Part shown: one piece after another, positions 1 to 10,200 of the stretch
Position numbering within the stretch: the first letter of the stretch is position 1
Layout of the letters: every line of letters begins with the position of its first letter
DNA from: Minisyncoccota bacterium
Lineage (GTDB): Bacteria > Patescibacteriota > Minisyncoccia > Phycocordibacterales > SBAW01
Reading direction: 5' to 3'
Assembly: GCA_035510635.1 (NCBI GenBank)
Contig: DATKGU010000001.1
Span: forward strand, 649-64,648
DNA length: 64,000 nucleotides
The notes under the pieces: generated by a model
Database searches by the model: none
Told to the model about the DNA's origin: nothing
What the model saw: the letters and a program-made list of their open reading frames with translations, nothing else
Made by a program: the position numbers and the translations under genes

Positions 1-8
1 TGCGCGAC

Positions 9-524
9 TTGGCGGCGACACAAATTCTCGAGAAATTTCCTGAGGCGCCTGAACGTAAACCTGACCATAAGGTTGTCGGCCAGTGCGACGATTACCTCAA
101 ACGGTTATTCAGCTATTGCTATGAGCTTGCAAAAAAGTTGAAGCCGTTACATGGGGAGATTGAAGATCTGGGGGTTGAGTTTATGGAACCCCTCGACTTG
201 TTAATGGACATCGCAGCGGGGAAAGAAGACGCTTCGGACTTGTTTACTGAAAAGTTTGGAGGTCTAAGAATAATCAGTTTGCAAGTGATGGCGTTGCGGC
301 TCGGAAAGTTGAGGAAAGACCTCAAGCCAAAACAAGATTATCTTAATTTAATTGCGGCACACATTGTCCCCGAACTTCATCGGCGCATTCCCGATGCCGG
401 CAAATGTTCGCGCGTGGCGGTCACATCTGATTGGTCGGTTATTGCCGTTGAAGACGAGCAATTAAAAGATATATTGCAAAAGGGCCCCGCAAGCGTGTTC
501 GCTATTTTCACACGTAAACATTAG
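9..524 (+). CDS. hypothetical protein (frame open to window edge, may be 5'-truncated)
   Basis: 171-aa ORF with no recognisable motif, followed by a terminator-like hairpin. Confidence 0.55.
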   Translation: MAATQILEKFPEAPERKPDHKVVGQCDDYLKRLFSYCYELAKKLKPLHGEIEDLGVEFMEPLDLLMDIAAGKEDASDLFTEKFGGLRIISLQVMALRLGKLRKDLKPKQDYLNLIAAHIVPELHRRIPDAGKCSRVAVTSDWSVIAVEDEQLKDILQKGPASVFAIFTRKH

Positions 525-533
525 AGTACATGT

Positions 534-562
534 GCCCGTTGCTTTTGGCGGCGGGCTTTTTC
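534..562 (+). terminator. intrinsic terminator
   Basis: gcccgttgc-tttt-ggcggcgggc stem followed by T-run. Confidence 0.6.
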
Positions 563-567
563 TTTTC

Positions 568-596
568 TTGCATAAAAAACAGGGTTGATGTATATT
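568..596 (+). promoter_or_regulatory. sigma70 promoter for rplC block
   Basis: TTGCAT-17 nt-TATATT. Confidence 0.6.
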
Positions 597-668
597 GCCT
601 GAGACTCTCGAAATAGAGTTGATCCATGTCCCAGGCTTTTTTGGCCAATTGGGGGACCAATAGACAAC

Positions 669-1307
669 ATGAAATTTATCCTTGGAACAAAAGGGAAGAT
701 GACCACCGTATTTACGGAAGACGGCCGCGCTTGTGCAGCGACCGTCATTAATGCTACCCCAGCCGTGGTTACGCAAATCAAAACGAAAGAAAAGGAGGGC
801 TACAACGCGGTGCAGATTGGCGCTATCGACAAAAAAGAGAGCCACACCAACAAGGCACAGCTTGGGCATGCCAAGGGCAAAGCGTTTGCCAATTTTAAAG
901 AATATAAGGAGCGCGGCGGTGCATTGCCAGCAGGAGTTGAGGTTGGTGCAACCATCGACGTCACTGCTTTTGTCGAAGGAGAGAAGGTACAGGTTTCGGC
1001 AATCTCAAAAGGCCGCGGCTTCCAGGGCGTGGTTAAACGCCACGGCTTCCATGGCGGCCCGCGCTCACATGGTCAAAAGCACTCTGAGCGCTCTCCTGGC
1101 TCCATTGGTGGCTCAGGTGGTCGTGCAGGAGGTCGCGTGGCAAAGGGTATGCGCATGGCCGGCCGCATGGGTCAGGACCGCGTTACCGTTCGCAACTTGG
1201 CAGTGCTCCAGGTGCTCCCAGCAACCAACGAGATTGTTATCGCGGGCGCAGTGCCGGGTCGCCGTGGTACGGTTGTCGAGATTCGCGGCGCTGCAGCAAA
1301 GAAATAA
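669..1307 (+). CDS. rplC: 50S ribosomal protein L3
   Basis: SKGRGFQGVVKRHGF, KGMRMAGRMG motifs. Confidence 0.98.
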   Translation: MKFILGTKGKMTTVFTEDGRACAATVINATPAVVTQIKTKEKEGYNAVQIGAIDKKESHTNKAQLGHAKGKAFANFKEYKERGGALPAGVEVGATIDVTAFVEGEKVQVSAISKGRGFQGVVKRHGFHGGPRSHGQKHSERSPGSIGGSGGRAGGRVAKGMRMAGRMGQDRVTVRNLAVLQVLPATNEIVIAGAVPGRRGTVVEIRGAAAKK

Positions 1308-1310
1308 TTT

Positions 1311-2018
1311 ATGGCAACTAAAACTACTACAACTAAAAAAAGTAAGCTGGAGGCAACGCTTTTTAACGCGGCTGGCGAACAGGCAGGTACCTTTACTTTG
1401 CCGGAAAATCTCTTTGGCTTGCCGTGGAATGCCGACTTGGTGCATCAGGTGGTGCAGGGCATGCAAGCCAACGCACGCATGGGCAATGCACACACCAAAG
1501 ACCGCGGCGAGGTGCGCGGCGGCGGCCGCAAGCCGTGGCAGCAAAAGGGCACCGGCCGCGCGCGCCAAGGCTCGAGCCGCTCGCCTATCTGGAAGGGAGG
1601 CGGCGTCACACACGGCCCTCGCAATGACAAAGACTACAGCCAAAAAATAAACCGCCAGTCGCGCCAAAAGGCATTGCTCGTGGTGCTCTCGCGCAAGCTC
1701 AAAGACGGCGAAGTTATTTTGATAGACAAACTCAACTTTGCCGCGCCTAAGGCAAAAGAGGCAAAGCTTGTGATAGACGCCTTTGGCAAAATCGGCATGC
1801 GCGCGCTCAAAAAGAAAAATGCTGCTTTGATTGCGCTCCCTGCCATGCACGCGCCGACCTTTAAGAGTTTTGCCAACTTCGGAAACGTCGAGATGATAGA
1901 GGCGCGCAACTTAAACCCGCTCTCGCTCCTCTCGAGCAAGTACCTCGTGTTGGTAGACCCGGCCGCGGCTATTGAGACGCTCTCAAAAAAGCGCGTGGTT
2001 AAAACGGACGCAAAATAA
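1311..2018 (+). CDS. rplD: 50S ribosomal protein L4
   Basis: TKDRGEVRGGGRKPWQQKGTGRARQGS motif. Confidence 0.98.
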   Translation: MATKTTTTKKSKLEATLFNAAGEQAGTFTLPENLFGLPWNADLVHQVVQGMQANARMGNAHTKDRGEVRGGGRKPWQQKGTGRARQGSSRSPIWKGGGVTHGPRNDKDYSQKINRQSRQKALLVVLSRKLKDGEVILIDKLNFAAPKAKEAKLVIDAFGKIGMRALKKKNAALIALPAMHAPTFKSFANFGNVEMIEARNLNPLSLLSSKYLVLVDPAAAIETLSKKRVVKTDAK

Positions 2019-2021
2019 TAT

Positions 2022-2309
2022 ATGGAAAAGCACTCGGGAAAAATTTTACACTCGCCGCGCATTACCGAAAAAGGCGCATACCTCTCGGGGCATGGAGCCT
2101 ACGTGTTTAATGTTGCAAAGGGCGTCAGCAAAAAAGAGATAGCCAACGCCGTGCACACACTCTACAAAGTAACACCGCGCAAAATTGCAGTGCTCGCGGT
2201 GCCAAGTAAGCAGGTTAAAACACGCAACACCAACCGCACCGGTGCCACCGCCAAGGGTCGCAAGGCGTATGTGTATCTTAAAAAGGGAGAGACCATTGAT
2301 CTGGTATAA
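2022..2309 (+). CDS. rplW: 50S ribosomal protein L23
   Basis: PRITEK, KAYVYLKKG; synteny. Confidence 0.95.
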   Translation: MEKHSGKILHSPRITEKGAYLSGHGAYVFNVAKGVSKKEIANAVHTLYKVTPRKIAVLAVPSKQVKTRNTNRTGATAKGRKAYVYLKKGETIDLV

Positions 2310-2318
2310 AACAATTTT

Positions 2319-3167
2319 ATGAAAAGCTATAAACCATACACCAAGTCGCGCCGCCACATGACAACGGTCTCCTTCCGCAAAGTGTTAACCGCGAGCGAGC
2401 CGCACAAAGCACTCACCTCAGGGAGCAAGCGCGGGTTTGGCCGCAACAACGCGGGCCGCATCACCGTGCGCCATCAGGGCGGCGGACACAAGCGCTTGCT
2501 GCGCGATGTCGACTTTGGCTACAAAAAGCAGGTGCCTGCACGCATCGAAACGGTGGAGTATGACCCAAACCGCTCGGGCTTTATCGGTCTTTTGATTTAC
2601 AAAGATGGCGAGCGCCGCTACGCACTTTTGCCAAAGAGCGCCAAGGTTGGCGACACTATCGAAACTTCTGCCACTGCTGAGGTGAAACCGGGCAACCGCA
2701 TGCCATTGGTAAAAGTCCCAGTGGGTGCTTTTGTTTACAATGTTGAAATTAAACCGGGCAACGGCGGCAAGCTTGGCCGCTCGGCTGGCACACACATCGA
2801 GGTTATCGCACAGGACAACGGCTACACCGACCTCAAGATGCCTTCAAGCGAGGTGCGCAAAGTGCTCGACACCTGCTGGGCAACGCTCGGCGAGGTTTCC
2901 AACGATGAGCATCACCTTGTGGTGATTGGCAAAGCAGGCCGCTCGCGCTGGATGGGTATCCGCCCGACAGTGCGCGGTACCGCGATGAACCCTGTTGACC
3001 ACCCACACGGCGGCGGCGAGGGTAGGCAAGGCCGCGGTTTGCGCCGTGCAAAGAGCGCTTGGGGCAAACCCACAGGCAAAGGTCAAAAGACCCGCACACC
3101 TAAAAAGTATTCCAACCACCTCATTGTGTCTCGTCGCAAAGTGGGCAAGCGCGGAGCACAGCAGTAG
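2319..3167 (+). CDS. rplB: 50S ribosomal protein L2
   Basis: GRITVRHQGGGHK, RGTAMNPVDHPHGGGEG. Confidence 0.98.
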   Translation: MKSYKPYTKSRRHMTTVSFRKVLTASEPHKALTSGSKRGFGRNNAGRITVRHQGGGHKRLLRDVDFGYKKQVPARIETVEYDPNRSGFIGLLIYKDGERRYALLPKSAKVGDTIETSATAEVKPGNRMPLVKVPVGAFVYNVEIKPGNGGKLGRSAGTHIEVIAQDNGYTDLKMPSSEVRKVLDTCWATLGEVSNDEHHLVVIGKAGRSRWMGIRPTVRGTAMNPVDHPHGGGEGRQGRGLRRAKSAWGKPTGKGQKTRTPKKYSNHLIVSRRKVGKRGAQQ

Positions 3168-3189
3168 GTTGGGAGAAAAGGGGAGAAGT

Positions 3190-3218
3190 TTGACTATCTA
3201 ATAAGTTTCCTGTAGTAT
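3190..3218 (+). promoter_or_regulatory. internal sigma70 promoter before rpsS
   Basis: TTGACT-17 nt-TAGTAT in a 100-nt intergenic gap. Confidence 0.55.
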
Positions 3219-3268
3219 CGAGCAAATCCCGCTTGGCGGGTTTTTGTTTAGAGAAGGGCACCAAAATA

Positions 3269-3628
3269 ATGGCACGATCACTTAAAAAAGGTCCGTACGT
3301 GGACGAGAAGCTCCTCAAGAAGATTGAGGGCAAGAAACCTCAGACAGCTGAGGCTATTAAAACGTGGGCACGTCGCTCGCAGATTGCGCCTGAGATGGTT
3401 GGCTTTACCTTTGGCGTCCACAACGGCAAGACGCACGTTGCCGTGTTGGTAAGCGAGGACATGGTGGGGCACCGCCTCGGCGAGTTTTCTCCAACAAAGA
3501 AGTTCCAGCGCCACGGCGGTAAGATGCAAAAGGAAATGGAGCAAAAGGCTAAAGAAGGCGAGATTGCATCCGCACAGGCTGCTAAAGCTGCCACCGATGC
3601 CAAGACCGCCGCTGCTGCAAAAAAATAA
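3269..3628 (+). CDS. rpsS: 30S ribosomal protein S19 (Ala/Lys-rich C-terminal extension)
   Basis: [24 protein letters not shown]; start reassigned to ATG 3269. Confidence 0.97.
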   Translation: MARSLKKGPYVDEKLLKKIEGKKPQTAEAIKTWARRSQIAPEMVGFTFGVHNGKTHVAVLVSEDMVGHRLGEFSPTKKFQRHGGKMQKEMEQKAKEGEIASAQAAKAATDAKTAAAAKK

Positions 3629-3653
3629 ACTGCATACCCATTCGTAAACTCAT

Positions 3654-4004
3654 ATGACAGACGCAAGCGCAAAACTCAAAAACTATCGCCAGTCGCCCCG
3701 CAAGGTGCGCCTCGTTGCCGACTTGGTGCGCGGTAAAACCGCCGAGCACGCGCTTGCGCTCCTGGCTACGCTCCCTAAGCGTGCATCCGAGGCTATGAGC
3801 AAGCTCATCCTATCGGCTGTAGCCAATGCAAAGCTTCCGGCCAACGAGCTCATCATCTCTACCATCCAGGTCAACAGCGGTATCGTATTTAAGCGCGCAA
3901 TGCCTCGCGCCCGCGGCCGCTCAGCCCCCATCCGCAAAAAAACCAGCGTCGTAACCCTCGGCTTGTCGCGCCGCCCGGCTAAAGTGGCAGCAGCCGCTAA
4001 ATAA
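3654..4004 (+). CDS. rplV: 50S ribosomal protein L22
   Basis: RQSPRKVRLVADLVRG, PRARGR. Confidence 0.97.
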   Translation: MTDASAKLKNYRQSPRKVRLVADLVRGKTAEHALALLATLPKRASEAMSKLILSAVANAKLPANELIISTIQVNSGIVFKRAMPRARGRSAPIRKKTSVVTLGLSRRPAKVAAAAK

Positions 4005-4008
4005 TTTT

Positions 4009-4680
4009 ATGTCTAAAGTTGTACATCCATTTGCACACCGCCTTGGCATCCTCCGCGACTGGAGGCATCGTTGGTTTGCCACGGGCCCGCAGTATCAAGC
4101 CTATCTCAAGGCAGACATCCTACTCCGCGAATATTTGCAAAAGGAAATGCGCGGCATGTACATCGGCGGCATCGACATTGAGCGCGGCGCTGGGACACTG
4201 CGCGTTATCCTCAAGACCTCGCGCCCCGGCGTTATCATCGGCCGCTCTGGCGAGGGCTCGCTCAAGCTCAAAAACAAAATCGCTGCATTTCTCAAGAGCA
4301 AAAAACTCGAAGTGCCGGAGATAAAACTCGACATCGAGGAAATCCGCTCGCCTGAGAGCAATGCGGCAATCGTGGCCTACATGGTCGCCGAGAGTTTGGA
4401 AAAGCGCTTGGCGTTTCGCCGCGTGCTCAAGCAAACGATAGAGAAGGTGATGGCCAACCGCGATGTGCTCGGCGTGCGCATCCAGCTTGGTGGCATGCTT
4501 GGCGGCGGCTCTATGTCGCGCACCGAGCAGCTCAAAAAAGGCCGCATCCCGCTCCAAACCTTCCGCTCCGACATCGACTTTGCGCGCGAGAGGGCAAACT
4601 TGCCGCTTGGTGTCATTGGCATCAAGGTGTGGATATACAAAGGCGAGGTCTTTTCCACGCCAAGTGGAAAAGACAAATAA
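4009..4680 (+). CDS. rpsC: 30S ribosomal protein S3
   Basis: RPGVIIGR, GRIPLQTFRSDIDF, GIKVWIYKG. Confidence 0.97.
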   Translation: MSKVVHPFAHRLGILRDWRHRWFATGPQYQAYLKADILLREYLQKEMRGMYIGGIDIERGAGTLRVILKTSRPGVIIGRSGEGSLKLKNKIAAFLKSKKLEVPEIKLDIEEIRSPESNAAIVAYMVAESLEKRLAFRRVLKQTIEKVMANRDVLGVRIQLGGMLGGGSMSRTEQLKKGRIPLQTFRSDIDFARERANLPLGVIGIKVWIYKGEVFSTPSGKDK

Positions 4681-4704
4681 AAAAGCGCTGACTATATAAC
4701 TACT

Positions 4705-5127
4705 ATGTTAACTCCTAAGAAAGTAAAATATCGCAAGTGGCACACCATGCGCCGCAATGCCAAAAAGGGCAAGGTGGAAACCCGCGGCATTACGGTGGCC
4801 TTTGGCTCGCACGGCCTTAAAGCTACCACGCATGCACGCATCCGCTCCAACCAGCTCGAGAGCGCCCGCAAGGTGGTGGTGCGCAGTTTGGGTAAAACCG
4901 GCAAGATGTGGACGCGCGTATTTCCTGACAAGCCGTTTACGCAAAAGCCGCCGGAGGTAAAGCTCGGTAAAGGTAAGGGCGACCCGGTAGGGTACGAGGT
5001 TGATGTCTGGCCCGGCCGCATCATCTTTGAGGTAGATGGCGTAACCGATGTGCTTGCAACCAAAGCGCTCGCCAGTGCCGCCAAAAAACTTCCGCTCCAA
5101 GCAAAAGTGGTCGCAAGGCATCAATAA
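4705..5127 (+). CDS. rplP: 50S ribosomal protein L16
   Basis: PKKVKYRK, FPDKPFTQKP, GKGKG. Confidence 0.97.
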   Translation: MLTPKKVKYRKWHTMRRNAKKGKVETRGITVAFGSHGLKATTHARIRSNQLESARKVVVRSLGKTGKMWTRVFPDKPFTQKPPEVKLGKGKGDPVGYEVDVWPGRIIFEVDGVTDVLATKALASAAKKLPLQAKVVARHQ

Positions 5128-5133
5128 AAATAT

Positions 5134-5325
5134 ATGGCAAAGAAAAACGATTTACATAACCACACCGAGGAAGAGCTCAACACGCTTGTTGCCGACAAGC
5201 GCGAGGAGTTGCGCGTCTTGCGTTTTGCCGCTTCTGGGAGTAAAAACAAAAACGTAAAGCTTGGGAGCACGCTCCGCAAACAAATAGCCCGCGCACTTAC
5301 CGCCAAGCGTGCGCTCAAAAAATAA
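5134..5325 (+). CDS. rpmC: 50S ribosomal protein L29
   Basis: LRF...LRKQIARALT; synteny. Confidence 0.93.
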   Translation: MAKKNDLHNHTEEELNTLVADKREELRVLRFAASGSKNKNVKLGSTLRKQIARALTAKRALKK

Positions 5326-5326
5326 T

Positions 5327-5578
5327 ATGGAAACGAAAATCTTAAAAGAAACACATCGCAAGATACTCCGTGGCACGGTGGTGTCCGACAAAATGCAAGA
5401 CACTGCAGTGGTGGCTGTCTCGCGCTATGTGAAGCATCCTAAATACAAAAAGTATCTTAAGATCACCAAAAAGTATCACGTGCATAATCCGGGCAACAAA
5501 GCCAAAGAGGGCGATGTGGTAAGCATCCGCTCGTGCCGCCCCCTTTCCAAGACCAAATCGTTCGAGATTTTATTTTAA
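5327..5578 (+). CDS. rpsQ: 30S ribosomal protein S17
   Basis: GTVVSDKMQDT, HPKYKK, CRPLSKTK. Confidence 0.96.
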   Translation: METKILKETHRKILRGTVVSDKMQDTAVVAVSRYVKHPKYKKYLKITKKYHVHNPGNKAKEGDVVSIRSCRPLSKTKSFEILF

Positions 5579-5584
5579 AACACC

Positions 5585-5965
5585 ATGATCCAAGACCGCT
5601 CACTCGTAGTCATTGCAGATAACTCCGGCGCCAAAATCGGACGCATTTTCAAAATACCCGGCTCCTCACGCAAGCGCTACGCCGAGATAGGCGAGGTGGT
5701 GGTGCTCTCGGTGCAAACCGCCGAGCCGCGCAAGGCTGTTAAGAAAAAAGACGTGCTCAAGGCTGTGGTTGTGCGCCAGCGCAAACCGTTTCGCCGCAAA
5801 GACGGCTCGTATATCCGCTTTGACGAAAACGCGGTGGTCATACTCGATACCGGCGGCAAAGACAAAAAAGAGCCGAAGGCAGGCCGCATCTTTGGCCCGA
5901 TACCGCGCGAGCTCCAGGAGCTTGGCTATCAAACCATCATTTCGCGCGCGCCGGAGGTCGTATAA
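5585..5965 (+). CDS. rplN: 50S ribosomal protein L14
   Basis: ADNSGAK, IRFDENAVV, RIFGPIPREL. Confidence 0.97.
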   Translation: MIQDRSLVVIADNSGAKIGRIFKIPGSSRKRYAEIGEVVVLSVQTAEPRKAVKKKDVLKAVVVRQRKPFRRKDGSYIRFDENAVVILDTGGKDKKEPKAGRIFGPIPRELQELGYQTIISRAPEVV

Positions 5966-5972
5966 AAATTGT

Positions 5973-6254
5973 ATGAACACACTGCATATCAAAAAAGGAG
6001 ACAACGTTACCGTTCTCTCCGGTAACGAAAAAGGGAAGAGCGGCAAAGTGCTCGAGACCTACCCCAAGCTCAACATGGTGCTCGTGGAGGGCGTCATGAT
6101 GCGCAAAAAGCACCAGAAGGCGCGCCGCGAGGGTCAAAAGGGTCAAATCATCGACAAACATTTTCCTATCCACGCAAGCAATGTCGCGCTGAGTGGAGCC
6201 AAAAAGAAGACCGCTAAACCGGCAGCCAAAGCGGTAAAAAAGTCAGCAAAATAA
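5973..6254 (+). CDS. rplX: 50S ribosomal protein L24
   Basis: HIKKGDNVTVLSG, PIHASNV; start reassigned to ATG 5973. Confidence 0.95.
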   Translation: MNTLHIKKGDNVTVLSGNEKGKSGKVLETYPKLNMVLVEGVMMRKKHQKARREGQKGQIIDKHFPIHASNVALSGAKKKTAKPAAKAVKKSAK

Positions 6255-6263
6255 ACCACTACT

Positions 6264-6818
6264 ATGCCTAAATTAATTCAAGAACAACAGCAAACCGCGT
6301 TTGACGCACTCAAAGGAGAGTTTGGGTGGACCAACCGCATGCAGGTGCCTAAGCTCCAAAAGGTGGTTATCTCCGTGGGCGTAGGCAAAATGGCCAAAGA
6401 CAAAAACAAAGTCGAGTTGGTGGCCGACCGCCTTGCAAAAATTACCGGTCAAAAGCCTGCCGACCGCGGCGCTAAAAAGTCTATCGCAACGTACAAAACA
6501 CGCATCGGCGACAAAATTGGCTACCAAATTACGCTCCGCGGCAAGCGCATGCAAGATTTTCTTAACCGCCTCATCCACATTGCGCTCCCGCGCACCAAAG
6601 ACTTTAAAGGCATCGGGGCGAAAGGCATCGATGCGATGGGCAACTACACGCTCGGCATCAAAGAGCACATCGTCTTCCCCGAGACAGCCGACGAAGACAT
6701 CAAAGACGTCTTTGGCATGGCCGCAACCGTGGTAACGACTGCCAAAAACCCTAAAGAAGCAAAAGCATACCTAACGCACCTCGGTTTTCCGTTTAAGAAG
6801 GACGTTTCGCAAAAATAA
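6264..6818 (+). CDS. rplE: 50S ribosomal protein L5
   Basis: PKLQKVVI, ITGQKP, ALPRTKDFKG. Confidence 0.97.
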   Translation: MPKLIQEQQQTAFDALKGEFGWTNRMQVPKLQKVVISVGVGKMAKDKNKVELVADRLAKITGQKPADRGAKKSIATYKTRIGDKIGYQITLRGKRMQDFLNRLIHIALPRTKDFKGIGAKGIDAMGNYTLGIKEHIVFPETADEDIKDVFGMAATVVTTAKNPKEAKAYLTHLGFPFKKDVSQK

Positions 6819-7267
6819 CGTTTCGTCCCTTAGTTAAAGGAGATTCTAGATTTCGACTTGGATGGTTGCAGTTGACTCCTGGGGTACCATTTTGGGAGAC
6901 TATTTACATATTCTAGTTAAAAAGTAGGGTCATATAGATTTGCCGCCTAGCATTGAGTCAGGCGGCTTTTTCCATTCCATAGACAATGAGGAGTGTTAAT
7001 TTTTGTTGTCCCCATCCACACCCCAACTCCACCTCGTATTAAAAAGTGGGGTATTATTACTACGGTAGCTCGCATCTTTGAGAGCTATCACGTTCTTACA
7101 ATTGAATATCAGCGAGTAGCCTAAACCATCGAGCGTTCGGTGGCATGGTGAAAGCGAAAAATGTCCAGTTAGACATAAAAAACCCATCATGGGAATGTCT
7201 AACTGGCCGTACCGGGAAACTGGTACGGGAGGTTTCGGCCTCCACCCGTGGTGGGCTTTTTGCTTTC

Positions 7268-10200
7268 ATGAATAAATATTTCTTTCGCAATATTTCAATA
7301 AAAATCGTAGCTTCGTGGGCAACCGTTATTTTCGTGTTCGCAACATTACTCTGCTCTCCATCGGCCGCCTTAGCCATTAGCTATACACCGGGCCAAACAC
7401 TCAACCCAGCGTGTACACCCACTGACCCAACCTGTGTAGTTACTTCAACCACCAATCAGGCGGCAATATTTGTCGCCACTTCTACAACGGCTACCTCCAC
7501 TTTTGCAGGCAATGTTTCAGTCTCTGGCAATGTAGCCATCGGCAGCCTATCCGGTATCCTCAAAGCAGTAACCGGTGTTGTAACAACGGCACTTGTTAAC
7601 CTCTCTGGCGATGTCACTGGAATTCTCGGTATCAGTAATGGTGGCACTGGCACTTCAACTTCGCCAACTTACGGAAAAATATTGGTGGGCAATGGCTCGG
7701 GTGGTTACAACCTCATGGCCACTTCATCGCTCGGAATTGTTACTTCATCTGCAGTATATGCGACAAACTACGGCGTTAAATGCGATGGCGTGACCGATGA
7801 CACGGCAGCAATGCAAGCCGCAGCGAATACGGGTCGGGTTGTTATGTATCCGGCCGGCGTGTGTAAGTTCTCGACATTGGTCATCTCATCCGGTGGCATC
7901 ATCGGCGAAGGTGAGATGGTCCTTCCAGGGAGTTCCCCAAATCTTATTCCTGGCGGTACGGTATTGTTGTCGACTGATACAGGAAGTGGAAATACTATTT
8001 CTTATGTAGCCGACTGGAGTACCGGTAACCCCGGCGTATTTCGTAATTTTTCGCTATTGCCAAGCTCGGGTACGGTCCAAAAGTCCGGCGGCGTAGGTAT
8101 TTATATTAGCGGCAATGTCAGCGGCGACGGATATGTAAACAATTATACAGCAGTCGATAATATATTAATCCGTTACTTTCCCACCTCGATATCACTTCAG
8201 GACTCAGCTGCCTGGACTATCTCAAATAGTAATTTTCTTTTCTATAGAGTCGCTGGCATTGCTGCGGGTAACTTAATTGCCCCCGACCAAGGCGACTCTA
8301 GCATTTATGCGACCACTCTTTTCAATGGCAATGGAGGTGAGTGGGCGACAGAAGGTTCCGGAATCCTCCAGACTTCGAGCGGTGGCCTAAAGATTTCGGA
8401 TACAAAATTTAATGGTGGAAAATATGGCTACCAATGGGCGCAAGCAGGGCAGACCTCCGACACGTTGATTTCAAACAGCAGTTTTGAGAATATCTCAACG
8501 GCAGCTGTCGATTTTCAGAATACAATCAATACATCGGGCTCACCTGTCCGTTTTACCAATATAAAAATCACTGGAAATCAGTTTGCCGGCGACAACCGCG
8601 ATATTTATCTGGAGCCTATTTCACAATATTTGGGCTCATCTTATTGGGACAACATTGTTATATCCGGAAATACTTTCTATCTTGCGACTCTCAGCTCCAT
8701 CGAGCTAGACACGGCTCGAGAGTTTACGATCGTCGGGAATACCATAAATGGTAATTACTCTACACCGGTAGGTATTTTGATTGCATCGTCTGATGATGCT
8801 ACAGGATTTGTAGGAGCAAACAATATTTCCGGTGTCGGCACGGCGGTTGTAAACAATAGTGCCACAGTAACCGTCAGTTCCAGCAACAGTGCCGTTGGGG
8901 CTTTTAATGTTTCTGGTACGGGTGCTGCGTATCAGCTCTTTGGAAATACTGCCTTGTTCGCGAGCACCACAAACTCTTCGCTTGCCGTTGGCGCGCCTGA
9001 AGCTGCTGGCTGGATGACCGCATCTTCGTCTCCCCAATGGCGCTCGATTGCTATCGGCGCTGGTGCACTTGCCACTACTCCAATCAACAGTGCAGCAACC
9101 AAAAACATCGCTGTAGGATACAACGCACTCAATGCCAACACTTCGGGTTTTTGGAATACCGCCGTAGGAGATAGTGCGCTTAACTCCAACACCTCCGGCA
9201 TACTCAATGTTGCGACCGGAATGAATGCACTTAATGCTAATACCACTGGTGGCTATAATGTCGCGACTGGCTTTCAAGCTCTCTACACGAACACCACCGG
9301 TAGTGACAATGCAGCGGTAGGGTATAACGTCCTTAATAATAACCTAACCGCTGCAAATACCGTTGCAATAGGTTTTAGTGCGGCAGTAGGTTCGGGCAGC
9401 TATTCAAACCAAGGTGGTGTTTATATTGGTTACCAGGCAGGCGATCAGGTCCAAACGGGCTCCGACTACAACACCATCATCGGTTATAATGCCGGCTACG
9501 CTCTGACTACTGGCGCGCGCAATATTCTTATTGGTCAGTCCACTATTCCGACTTCTTACAATCAGGTCAAAACTGGCTCAAAGAACATATCAATTGGTAA
9601 TGATGTGGCAGTTGCATCTTCAACCGCATCCAACCAACTCGACATTGGCAACTTCATTTATGGAACAGGCTTGAGCGGCACTGGGGCGAGCGTCTCACCC
9701 GCATACATCGGATTCGGTACCACCACCCCATATGCTTCTCTCGAAGTTTGGGGCTCCACCAACACGGGTTCAACCACAGTCTTCTCGGTCGTGAGCAGCG
9801 CCTCCACTACACTCTTCTCCGTTTCTGCAAACGGATACGCCACCCTTCAAAACTCCCTCTACCAAAGCTCAGACCAACGCCTCAAAACTGACATTACTAC
9901 TCTGGATGCATCATCTTCTCTTGCTGCATTGTTAGCACTTACTCCTGTTTCCTATACCCGCATCGACCAGCCTGAGCTTGGTACTAACTTAGGATTCATT
10001 GCCCAACAGGTGCAACAAATCTTCCCTGAACTTGTCTCTACCAGCTCACCAACAGCTCTTACCCCTGACGGTACACTTACACTCAATTACACAGGCCTTA
10101 TTGCTCCGATTGTGAAAGCGATACAAGCGATTGCAAGTGAGATTGTTTCTATTCAAAATACGATTGCGGGGTTTGCCAATAGTTTTACAACCAAACAACT

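Noticed and set aside
733-1850. Long overlapping and antisense ORFs over ribosomal and other GC-rich genes
   Set aside because: Shadow frames of well-supported genes, with no motifs.
7105-7262. c-di-GMP riboswitch assignment
   Set aside because: A GAAA loop is present but the conserved element order could not be matched; left as an unassigned structured leader.
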